A DNA stretch of 32,603 nt. Source: Cyanophyceae cyanobacterium. Its GTDB lineage: Bacteria; Cyanobacteriota; Cyanobacteriia; Cyanobacteriales; JBHJGN01. Of the stretch, positions 8,858-17,755 are shown in pieces (the first letter of the stretch is position 1; every line of letters begins with the position of its first letter). The stretch is taken from positions 1 to 32,603 of the forward strand of contig JBHJGN010000059.1 of assembly GCA_050331735.1 (NCBI GenBank), in the 5' to 3' direction. The notes under the pieces are model-generated. The model was not told the origin of the DNA. It ran no database searches and saw nothing but the letters and a program-made list of their open reading frames with translations. Position numbers and translations under genes: made by a program.

Positions 8858-8968
8858 ATGAAGTTAACTGGATTTGATTGGTTAGCCGTAGGCTTAGCAA
8901 TACTCATTGTGAGCAGCGGTTTATGGATGCTGTTTAAAGGGATGTTAGCCTTTGGACAAAAGAAGTAA
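8858..8968 (+). CDS. Putative 36-aa single-pass membrane peptide, absent from the supplied ORF track
   Basis: ATG 8858 to TAA 8968 encodes MKLTGFDWLAVGLAILIVSSGLWMLFKGMLAFGQKK: one hydrophobic helix with a basic C-terminus, filling an intergenic gap. Confidence 0.6.
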   Translation: MKLTGFDWLAVGLAILIVSSGLWMLFKGMLAFGQKK

Positions 8969-9006
8969 CTGTCACGAGCAAAGCAGAATTTTGACTCAAA
9001 CCAGCC

Positions 9007-12000
9007 CTACGGCTGCGAGCACAAGCGGCTCAAAATGAGTTGTCCGCTAGCCAGTCGATACGTTCCTGTTGGTTCAATAATGGGATTACCATACTGCCAG
9101 GAATGAGCAGCGTCAGGATGAGAGGATGAGTCTTGATTGGGAACCGTTTGGATTGTCCCCGTTGGGTAGGCGGATACGGAAGCCTCGCCGGGACGAACCG
9201 GTAGCCCTCCAGCCCCGGTAATGATGAACGTCCCTCGCTGTTCATCTCTAGGGACCACACAGCTATTAGCAATCAAGGTTTCGGTATCAATCACGTTGAC
9301 AGGCAGTTCGCTGGGGCTATTGTGCAGAAAGCTGACGTCCGGTAGGCTAATCTCTCCAGATACCGCACCACTGGCGTTAATATTAACGGACTCATTCCCA
9401 TCCAGGGGATTCAGGTCGGTACTTTCTGGAGCAGGCTGGAAGCGAGAGCCAAAGAAAACGGGAGTATCAAGTCGAATGTCTCCTCCCTGACCATCTCGGG
9501 CAAAAGCCAGAACATCGCTATCGTCGAAAAGCACAATGGAGTTGGCGGTTAGAGTAATATCTCCCCCACCGCCAGCACCACTGGCAACTTCGGTGAGAAT
9601 ATCGCTATCGCCCCGCAGGCGAATATCTCCGGCGGTAATATCAATCGCTCCTCCGGTAGCTTGAGTCGAGCTTGTAGAAATTTCTCCATCCTCAGCTTGC
9701 AGAGTACCAAGAACCTGAATCCCAATCTCCCCTGAGTTGCTAGAGCCTAAGCTACGACTATTAATTTGTGCTCCATTCGTTAGAGAGAGAAAGTTGGCGG
9801 TAATGATGATGCTTCCCGCATTTCCAGATCCCAAGGTGCCGGAAGATAGTAGAGCCTCATTAGCGATGGCGAGTGAGTCGGTAGTAATTTTAATCTCGCC
9901 TCCATTGCCCCTAGCTTTTTCTCCAACAACGCTAAGGAGCGTACTGCCAATTTCCTCGTTCTTCCCCTCAATAACAACGCTCTCGCTGGCATCAATGGTG
10001 ATATCTCCGGCATTTCCCCGTCCAAATGTACTGGCATCTAGGACAGCACCGTTAGTCATTCGCAGGGAACTGGTGGTAATGCTGATGTCTCCCGCGTTTC
10101 CATCGTCACTTGGGTTCTGTGGCTCTGTACCATTAAAAATACGCCCATCGTTGACAGTAACGCTCTCGCTGGCGTTGATTGTAATACTCCCTGCGTCTCC
10201 CCGTCCAAAAGTTCTGGCAGCTAGTCCAGCGCCATCAGCGATGGAAAGAACTTGTGTAGTAATCTCAATTTTGCCTCCATCCCCCTCAGCTCCGGACAGA
10301 ACACCGCCAAAGACTGCACTGACAGCTTCTCCGTTGCTCCCCTCAGAGGAGCCAGTGGTAATCCGAGTTCTGCCTCCATCCCCTTCTCCGGGTAAACCGT
10401 CGAAGAGCGTAGTGTCAACTTCGCTGCTTCCCTCAATGGCCACGCTCTCCCTCGCATGAATAGAGATACTACCGGCATCTCCCCGCCCCGCCGTGTTAAC
10501 ACCGATTGTCGCCCCATCAGCGATTGTCAGGGAGCCAGTGGTAATCTCAATGCTGCCGCCATTGCCCTCGGCTCCGGTTGAGACAAAGCCGGCTACCACT
10601 CCATTATTGAGGGTAATGCTCTCGCTGGCGTTAATCGTGATATTGCCAGTATTTCCCCGCCCAAACGTGGAGGCACTTAATTGAGCGTTATTCGTTACCG
10701 AGAGAGCGCCAGTGTTAACGTCGATACTGCCGCCATTTCCTGTGGCTTGACTGGATACGTTACTGAAGGCAACTCCGTTATCTAATACCACGTCACTGGC
10801 GTTGATGGAGATACTACCGGCATTTCCCCGTCCATAGGTACTGGTACTCAGTCCGCTATGGGTAACTGAAAGAGAGCCAGTATTAATGGTGATATTGCCG
10901 CCATTGCCCTCAGCCCCTTCTGCGACATCGCCGAGGATCCCACTAAAAATTTCCTCGTTCCTCCCCTCAATGGCGACGCTCTCGCTGGCGTTGATGAAGA
11001 CACTACCGGCATTTCCCTGTCCATAGGTACTGGCATCGAGTCCAGCACCATCAGTAACCGAAAAAACATCCGTCGTAATTGTAACGCTGCCGGCATTTCC
11101 TACCGCTTCGTCTCCGGCAATGCTCAAAACTCCACTGATCAATTCCTCGCCCCTCCCCTCAATCGCAACGCTCTCGCTGGCGTTAATAGCAATACTGCCA
11201 GCATTTCCTTGTCCAACAGTGTTAGAAACCAGTCGAGCACCATCGAACACTGAGAGAGAGCCAGTACTGATGTTAATATTGCCTCCTTTGCCGAGCGCTC
11301 CTGGTTCTAACACATTGGCAATGATGCTTTGATCTGTGAGAGTTACGGTTTCTGTTGTTTGAATATCAATGTTTCCTGAGCGAACCTGAGACGCTCCTAA
11401 ATCCGACCCAATTCCAGCTAACAGAAAGCTACCGCCCAGAATCTCTAGGCTGCCCGCGCTAATGACAATACTGCCTCCGTCATCAGCAAGCACAGACACC
11501 GCTGCTTCATTGCTTAAAGCTACATCGGGTCGCGCTTTCTCCCTCGGGAACGATAGCTGCCATTGGCCTTCCTCCCTGATTCCGATTGTTCCTGCTGCGG
11601 CCAATCCGCCCAACTCCACTCGACCTCCTGGAGCCAGCAACGCTCCCCCATCAACCAAAATGCTTCCCGTTGAGTTTGGAGTCGGAGACACGGTTCCTCC
11701 GACGAGCAGTAAGCTCTGACCAGTGGGGACGGCTAAATTGCCTTGGACCGCAATCGAGTGGTGCGGCTGAGTGGCCACTTGATTGAAGAACAACGCCGCC
11801 GGATTGACGGAGAGTAACTGAGAGGGAATTTCTGGATTCGTCGCACTAAACATGTCCTCCTCGCCGAAGCGAATCCCGTTAGCTGTCGTACCGACAAACG
11901 ACCCGTTGACATCTAAGCTGGCATTGGGTCCGAACAAAATGCCGTTGGGGTTAATCAGCAAGAGGTTGGCTTCTCCTAACACCCCCAAGGTGCCCAAGAT

Positions 12001-12387
12001 ATCCGAGGGACTGCCTCCCGTGACGCGACTGAAGATATTTTCCACCCCATCCGGGGTGCTGAAGTAGGCTCCGCGTCCTTCCCCTACGTTGAAATCTTGG
12101 AAACTGTGAAACAGATTCGCTCCCCGTTGAGCGCCGCCGTCGATGCGATCGCTCGGCGTTCCACGGATCGCTGCCGGGGTTACCACCGAGCTTTCTTCTG
12201 CTAAAGAATCATCCGGCGCTATCTGAGCTTCAGCACCGTCACTCACTGCGGTCAGCGCTCCTACTACAGCCATCAACCCTAATCGCAGCAGCCAGCACCG
12301 ACGGCGAGAGGGGGCGATCGCTAGATAGGCCTGCTGAGCTAGCAATCCTTCTCGATCCCGACCGTAGATGTTCATTTTGTGACTCAC
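9007..12387 (-). CDS. Filamentous haemagglutinin N-terminal (TPS) domain exoprotein with beta-helix repeats, paralog 1; start uncertain
   Basis: AEAQIAPD signal cleavage, GANLFHSFQDFNV, NIFSRVTGG, LINPNGILFG; GxAGxIxI repeats; C-terminal ANSC..GTFIITGAGGLP..LSRLC. Confidence 0.9.
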   Translation of the reverse strand: MSHKMNIYGRDREGLLAQQAYLAIAPSRRRCWLLRLGLMAVVGALTAVSDGAEAQIAPDDSLAEESSVVTPAAIRGTPSDRIDGGAQRGANLFHSFQDFNVGEGRGAYFSTPDGVENIFSRVTGGSPSDILGTLGVLGEANLLLINPNGILFGPNASLDVNGSFVGTTANGIRFGEEDMFSATNPEIPSQLLSVNPAALFFNQVATQPHHSIAVQGNLAVPTGQSLLLVGGTVSPTPNSTGSILVDGGALLAPGGRVELGGLAAAGTIGIREEGQWQLSFPREKARPDVALSNEAAVSVLADDGGSIVISAGSLEILGGSFLLAGIGSDLGASQVRSGNIDIQTTETVTLTDQSIIANVLEPGALGKGGNINISTGSLSVFDGARLVSNTVGQGNAGSIAINASESVAIEGRGEELISGVLSIAGDEAVGNAGSVTITTDVFSVTDGAGLDASTYGQGNAGSVFINASESVAIEGRNEEIFSGILGDVAEGAEGNGGNITINTGSLSVTHSGLSTSTYGRGNAGSISINASDVVLDNGVAFSNVSSQATGNGGSIDVNTGALSVTNNAQLSASTFGRGNTGNITINASESITLNNGVVAGFVSTGAEGNGGSIEITTGSLTIADGATIGVNTAGRGDAGSISIHARESVAIEGSSEVDTTLFDGLPGEGDGGRTRITTGSSEGSNGEAVSAVFGGVLSGAEGDGGKIEITTQVLSIADGAGLAARTFGRGDAGSITINASESVTVNDGRIFNGTEPQNPSDDGNAGDISITTSSLRMTNGAVLDASTFGRGNAGDITIDASESVVIEGKNEEIGSTLLSVVGEKARGNGGEIKITTDSLAIANEALLSSGTLGSGNAGSIIITANFLSLTNGAQINSRSLGSSNSGEIGIQVLGTLQAEDGEISTSSTQATGGAIDITAGDIRLRGDSDILTEVASGAGGGGDITLTANSIVLFDDSDVLAFARDGQGGDIRLDTPVFFGSRFQPAPESTDLNPLDGNESVNINASGAVSGEISLPDVSFLHNSPSELPVNVIDTETLIANSCVVPRDEQRGTFIITGAGGLPVRPGEASVSAYPTGTIQTVPNQDSSSHPDAAHSWQYGNPIIEPTGTYRLASGQLILSRLCSQP

Positions 12388-12440
12388 TTTCCTTCAGAAA
12401 CGAGCTTAATAGCGCTTGTCGCCAGTTCAAAAGCCAAGAC

Positions 12441-15400
12441 TTAACGACATCTCCGACTCAAAACGAGCTCTCCGCTGGCAAGCTGATGCACTCCCGTTGG
12501 CTCCACAATCGGATCGCCTGGTTGCCATAAACGAGAACCAGCGCTGGGAACTGACCGGATTGAGCCAGTCGGATAGGAAGAAACCGCCGCCTCGCCGGGA
12601 CGAACCGGTAGCCCTCCGGCCCCGGTAATAATAAACGTGCCTCGCTGACCGCCGCTGGGAACTACACAGCTATTAGCGATGAGGGTTTCGGTATCAATCA
12701 CGTTGATAGGCAGTTCGCTGAGGCTATTGTGCAGAAAGCTGACGTCCGGTAGGCGAATCTCTCCAGACACGGCACCGCTGGCATCGATATCAACGCGCTC
12801 ATTGCCATCGAGGGTATTGGGAGCGGCCTTTTCTGGGAAAGCCTGAAAGCGAGAGCCGAAAAATATCGGAGTTTGTAGCTCAATATCGCCTCCCTGACCG
12901 TCCTGAGCAAAGGCCAGAATATCGCTATCGTCGAAGGCCAAAATAGAGTTCGCCGTTAGAGTAATGTTGCCACCTCCCCCCGCACCGCTACTGACGCTGG
13001 TGCGAATATCGCTGCCCCGCAGACGAATATCTCCAGCGGTAATAGCGATCGCTCCTCCCGCCGCTTGGGTCGCACTCGTTAAGATTTGGCTGTTATCAGC
13101 CTGGAGAGTGCCAAAAACCTGAAGGTTAATTTCCCCGGAGTCTCGGGAGCCAAAACTGCGGCTTTCTATCTGCGCTCCGTCGGATAAGGACAGCAAGCGA
13201 GCGCTAATTTGAATTTCTCCCCCCTTGCCTGCCCCCGAAGCCCTGGCGCTGATTTGGCCGTTGTTGAGCAGTGAGAGGGAACCGGTGGTAATTTTAATCG
13301 GGCCTCCATCGCCTTCGGCTCCGGCAACGACTCCACTAAAGGCCGTTCCGTCGTTGGCGAAGGTGGCGTCGCTAGCGTTAATCGTAATCCGACCGGCATC
13401 TCCCCGTCCTAGGGTGCTGGCGGCTAGTCGAGCGTCATTGGTAACCAAGAGAGAACCTGTCGTAATCTGAATTGGGCCGCCATTGCCCTCAGCGGCTTCT
13501 GCGACACCGCTGAAGGCTAACCCGTTATCGAAGGTGGCGTCGCGGGCGTTAATCGTAATCCGGCCCGCATTTCCCCGTCCCGCCGTGCTGGCACTGAGTA
13601 AAGCATCCTCAGTAACCCGCAGGACATCCGTCGCGATCACAATTCCCCCTCCGTGGCCGTTGGCATTGGGTCCAACATCGCTGGAGACAAACCCTTCACG
13701 CTCGATAGCAACGCTCTCGCTAGCGTTAATCGTAATCTGGCCGGCGTCTCCTCTTCCTAACGTGGTCGCAGAGAGGAGAGCATCATCCGTCACCGAGAGC
13801 AAGCCGGTCGTAATCTCAATTCCGCCTCCGCGGCCCTCGGCATCCGCACCGACACTGCTAGAGACGGTACTAAATGAGGTGTCGCTCCTCCCCTCAATCG
13901 CGACGCTCTCGCTAGCGTTAATCGTAATCTGGCCCGCATTTCCTCGTCCGAAAGTAGTCGCCGTTAGTTGAGCTCCACTGTTGACGAAGAGAGAGTTTGT
14001 GTCAATTTTAATGCTGCCCGCGTCTCCCCGTCCCAAGGTGCCGGAAGACAGTTGAGCTCCACTTTCGAGAGCAAGAGACTCGGCGGTGATTTGAATCTTG
14101 CCCCCACTTCCCTCCGCATCAGAGCCAACATCGTTAGAAACAAATCCGTCAGTGGCGATCGCAATTTCGCGGGCATCGATCGTAATTTGGCCGGCATCTC
14201 CTCGTCCTAGAGTACTAACCGCCAGGAGAGCATTGTCCGTCACCGAAAGAGAGCCTGTGGTAATCTCGATGCCACTGCCGTTTCCCTCCGCATCAGAGCC
14301 AACACTGCTGGAGACGGTACTGAACAAGGTGTCGCTCCTCCCCTCAATCGCAACGCTCTCGCTAGCGCGGATCGTAATTTGACCTGAATCTCCTCTGCCA
14401 AAGGTGTTGGCAGATACTTGAGCCCCCTCTGTCACCCAGAGAGAGCCTGTGGTAATCTCGATGCTGCTGCCATTCCCCTCCGCATCAGAGCCAACGCCGT
14501 TGGAGATAGTACTAGCAAGACCAGCCAGGTTCTCGCTAGTGCCAGCAACGGTAACGTCGCGGGCGCTAATCGTAATTGGTCCCGCATTGCCCCGTTTAAA
14601 CGTATTGGCTGAGAGCTGACCGCCATTCGTTAACAAGAGCGAATCCGTGGTAATGTCAAGGCGGCCTGCATCTCCCTGTCCTAAAGTGCTAGAAGAGAGC
14701 TGAGCTTCATCCGCAATGACAAAAACGTTGGCGTTAATCTCGATGCGGCCACCCTGTCCCTCTGCCGCTTCTCCAACCCCGTTGAAGATAAACCCGCCCT
14801 CGGTGAAGGCAATGTTGCTAGCGTTAATCGTTAGGTTGCCTGCCTGTCCCTGTCCCGAAGTATTGGCCGTGAGGAGCGCGTCCTTCACCAGAAGAGAACC
14901 GGCAGTAATAGTGATATTGCCGCCCCGGCCCTCGGCTTCCGGACCGACATCGCTAGAGACAAAGGCAGCAGTGCTTAAGGCCACGTCGCTGGCGTTTATC
15001 TCTATTTGGCCCGCATCTCCTCGGCCAAACGTGCTAGCACTCAGTCGCCCCCCCTCGGCGATCGAGAGAGAACCTGTCGTGATGTCAATGTTGCCTCCAT
15101 TGCCTTCGGCTCCCGGTCCAACCCCGCTAAAGACTGTACTCACCAAATTCTCACTGCTGCCCTCGATCGCCATGCTCTCGCTGGCGTTAATGAGCAGGCG
15201 GCCTGAACTCCCCTGTTCCTCAGTACTGGCAAGTAACTGACCGCCATTGACGATCGAGAGGGAGCTAGTGGTAATTTCAACGTTGCCGCCATTCCCCCTG
15301 GCGTCGGCGGCTACCACATTGGCAATCAAGCTCGCCTCTGCCAGGGTGACGGTTTCTGCCGTCTCGATCACAATGTCTCCGGCCTGAGCTTGAGGGGCCT

Positions 15401-16295
15401 CTGTTTCAGAGTTGATGCCGGCTCCTAGCTGGCTTCCTCCCAAAACGGCTAAGTTCTGAGCATTAATCGCAATACTGCCTCTGTTACCAACGACATCAAC
15501 TGCCGCCCCATTGTTTAAAACCACATCGGCTCGCGTTCCCTCCTGTGGGAAAGACAATTGCCAATCCTCTCTCACTAGCTTTACGGTTCCCGCTGCGGCT
15601 AATCCGCCCAATTCCACTCGACCGCCCGGTGCCTGTAATTCTCCCCCATCAACGGCAATCGTGCCAGGAGCATCAGGAGTGGCAGCAACTTTCCCCCCCA
15701 CGAGCAGCAAACTCTGCCCCCGAGGAACGGCCAAAGTTCCTTGAACTGCAATAGCGGTGTTTGGCTGAGTGACCACTTGATTGAAGAAAAACGCGGCTGG
15801 ATTGACGGTGAGGAGCTGTGAGGGAACGGTTGGATCAGTCGCGCTAAACCAGTCCTCACCAAAGCCAATCCCGTTGGCTGTCGTGCCAACAAACGACCCG
15901 TTCACATCTAAGCTGGCGTTGGGTCCGAAGAGAAGGCCGTTGGGGTTGAGCAGAAACAGGTTCGCCTCTCCCAATACCCCTAAAGTGCCGAGAATCTCTG
16001 AGAGATTGCCCCCAGTAACGCGGCTAAAGATATTATCAACGCCGTCTGGATTACTAAAGTAGGCTCCGCGTCCTTCCCCTACGTTAAAGTCTTGGAAACT
16101 GTGGAACAGATTCGCTCCCCGTTGGGCGCCGCCGTCGATGCGATCGCTCGGCATCCCGCGAATCACGGTGGGAGATACTACAGAGCTTTCCTTCCCTAAC
16201 GTGCTGTCCGGCGTCATTTGGGCGCAGGCGCGCTCGCCACTGCTGATGCTCCCAATCACTACCCCTCCTAAAACAACCCACCGTACTCTCCCCAT
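12441..16295 (-). CDS. Filamentous haemagglutinin N-terminal (TPS) domain exoprotein, paralog 2
   Basis: Same architecture as paralog 1: ACAQMTPD, GANLFHSF, LNPNGLLFG, many STxGRGDAGxIxI repeats and the conserved C-terminus. Confidence 0.92.
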   Translation of the reverse strand: MGRVRWVVLGGVVIGSISSGERACAQMTPDSTLGKESSVVSPTVIRGMPSDRIDGGAQRGANLFHSFQDFNVGEGRGAYFSNPDGVDNIFSRVTGGNLSEILGTLGVLGEANLFLLNPNGLLFGPNASLDVNGSFVGTTANGIGFGEDWFSATDPTVPSQLLTVNPAAFFFNQVVTQPNTAIAVQGTLAVPRGQSLLLVGGKVAATPDAPGTIAVDGGELQAPGGRVELGGLAAAGTVKLVREDWQLSFPQEGTRADVVLNNGAAVDVVGNRGSIAINAQNLAVLGGSQLGAGINSETEAPQAQAGDIVIETAETVTLAEASLIANVVAADARGNGGNVEITTSSLSIVNGGQLLASTEEQGSSGRLLINASESMAIEGSSENLVSTVFSGVGPGAEGNGGNIDITTGSLSIAEGGRLSASTFGRGDAGQIEINASDVALSTAAFVSSDVGPEAEGRGGNITITAGSLLVKDALLTANTSGQGQAGNLTINASNIAFTEGGFIFNGVGEAAEGQGGRIEINANVFVIADEAQLSSSTLGQGDAGRLDITTDSLLLTNGGQLSANTFKRGNAGPITISARDVTVAGTSENLAGLASTISNGVGSDAEGNGSSIEITTGSLWVTEGAQVSANTFGRGDSGQITIRASESVAIEGRSDTLFSTVSSSVGSDAEGNGSGIEITTGSLSVTDNALLAVSTLGRGDAGQITIDAREIAIATDGFVSNDVGSDAEGSGGKIQITAESLALESGAQLSSGTLGRGDAGSIKIDTNSLFVNSGAQLTATTFGRGNAGQITINASESVAIEGRSDTSFSTVSSSVGADAEGRGGGIEITTGLLSVTDDALLSATTLGRGDAGQITINASESVAIEREGFVSSDVGPNANGHGGGIVIATDVLRVTEDALLSASTAGRGNAGRITINARDATFDNGLAFSGVAEAAEGNGGPIQITTGSLLVTNDARLAASTLGRGDAGRITINASDATFANDGTAFSGVVAGAEGDGGPIKITTGSLSLLNNGQISARASGAGKGGEIQISARLLSLSDGAQIESRSFGSRDSGEINLQVFGTLQADNSQILTSATQAAGGAIAITAGDIRLRGSDIRTSVSSGAGGGGNITLTANSILAFDDSDILAFAQDGQGGDIELQTPIFFGSRFQAFPEKAAPNTLDGNERVDIDASGAVSGEIRLPDVSFLHNSLSELPINVIDTETLIANSCVVPSGGQRGTFIITGAGGLPVRPGEAAVSSYPTGSIRSVPSAGSRLWQPGDPIVEPTGVHQLASGELVLSRRCR

Positions 16296-16457
16296 CGCGG
16301 CTGCTCATCCCCGTAGCTAACAATCTCTCCCTTTAATCTGACGGGTAATGGCTGCGTTCGCAACAGTTCATAGTCACTGGTTTGCTGGCGTTTGTCAGTC
16401 TGACCGCTTCCAGTCCGTTCCGGTTCAAGCCCTCGTTCGCTTCTACAAACGGCGGTT

Positions 16458-17255
16458 CTAAGCACGGCTTTTCATCTCGGCCAATTTCCGCTTCATGGCC
16501 CGAAAAGAGTCGGCTTGCACGATGTTAGCGACTTCACGAGCTTGACGAGAGCGGTCTATCTCAACAGTGGTGACTATTGGTGGCTCGGGCGCTGCTTGCT
16601 GTTGGCGATCGCTGCTCCTGCGAACCAAACTTTGGTAATATAGTATGTTGCCATTGCAGTCGCGAACCGCCCAGGTATTTTCTTCTACCCAAATTTTCTG
16701 GCCGTCTTGCCGATAGGCCTGATACTGAAATTTCACCTCGTTATTCTCTGCCAATAACTGTTTGAACTGAGCATGTTTGCCCGGTTCAACGAACACTTCT
16801 GTGATAGCTTTCAGGCTGCCGACCATAGCATCGGAAGAATCGTAGCCAAAAATGCGAGAGGTTGCTAAGTTAACCCAGACGTACCGATCGTCAGGCGTGA
16901 ATTGATAAATCCCCTCAGAGTGAGCGTCAAGGATTCTCCGGTAGTTTTCTTGGGCAACGCGGAGGGCTTCTACTTGTTGTTTGAGAGAGACGGTCATTCT
17001 CTTCAACGCTTGATTTTGTTCTGCTAGCTGCTGAGGGGTCTGCCACGCTTCTTCAACCAGCGGAGATACATCGTCATAGCCGTCACGAGAGCCTAACTCG
17101 ATTTTGCTGGCTTCTATCTGAGTGATGTCTAGAGCGTTCTCTTTAAGAGCGCATCCTAGCTGCTCTTTAAGCTTTCTCAAGACCGTCGCTTCTCGCTCAA
17201 CGCACAAAACAACTAGGTTTACCATCGGTTTTCTCTGTCTACTGAGCACTTTCAA
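16458..17255 (-). CDS. PAS-domain protein with a degenerate receiver-like N-terminus and helical C-terminal tail; likely start ATG 17225
   Basis: VVLCVEREATVLRKLK resembles REC beta1-alpha1 without the acidic pair; coiled coil; PAS (EGIYQ..YVWVN..IFGY..YRQDGQKIWVEENTWAVRDCNGNILYY); tail VEIDRSRQAREVANIVQADSF. Confidence 0.8.
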   Translation of the reverse strand: MKVLSRQRKPMVNLVVLCVEREATVLRKLKEQLGCALKENALDITQIEASKIELGSRDGYDDVSPLVEEAWQTPQQLAEQNQALKRMTVSLKQQVEALRVAQENYRRILDAHSEGIYQFTPDDRYVWVNLATSRIFGYDSSDAMVGSLKAITEVFVEPGKHAQFKQLLAENNEVKFQYQAYRQDGQKIWVEENTWAVRDCNGNILYYQSLVRRSSDRQQQAAPEPPIVTTVEIDRSRQAREVANIVQADSFRAMKRKLAEMKSRA

Positions 17256-17755
17256 ACATCATACTGAATGTTACTTAATTAGTGACTCAGAAAGTCCTTG
17301 AGACAGGTTTGAAGTAAGTTAATTGTGCTTGTCGGGGCAAATACTCGTTTTCCAGCAGGAAAAATGCCTAAATTTGAGGATAGCGAGGGCCAGAAATTTG
17401 ACAGTTTTAACCATCCGCTCTATCGGTTTTAATGTTAGTAAACATCAGCCTGTGTAGAAAAAATTATTGTTGATTCTGCTTTGAGTAGCTCAATGATTCT
17501 GCTCGTCCTTTACGGCATTATTGGCAGATTTAATGCCTGTTACTCACTTGTCAACAAATGCCTATTTAATTTCCTCGGTCTGTATTGCTAGAGAGTGACT
17601 TATTTTGTGACAATCTTAGCGTTGAAGTTGCCTTGTCCGTTATAGGATTGACTGGAAATTCGTTGCATCAGTTTAGCTCTCATATAGACAGATAGTTACT
17701 GAGTGAAAGGATTCCTCTTTATTTTGTTGAGAGTTAAAGGTTGAAAAGGAAGTTT

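Noticed and set aside
9007..16295. Diversity-generating retroelement or CRISPR explanation for the repeated DNA
   Set aside because: No reverse transcriptase or cas genes, no obvious adenine-specific mismatch pattern and no repeat-spacer periodicity; the repeats are in-frame protein repeats.
9221..16320. Many plus-strand ORFs (60-240 aa) antisense to the two FHA genes
   Set aside because: Shadow frames produced by repetitive Gly/Ser/Thr codon usage; no independent coding features.
17256..17755. NtcA, CRP or FNR sites in the divergent promoter region
   Set aside because: Only half-site or weak matches (such as TGTGA without TCACA); not supportable.
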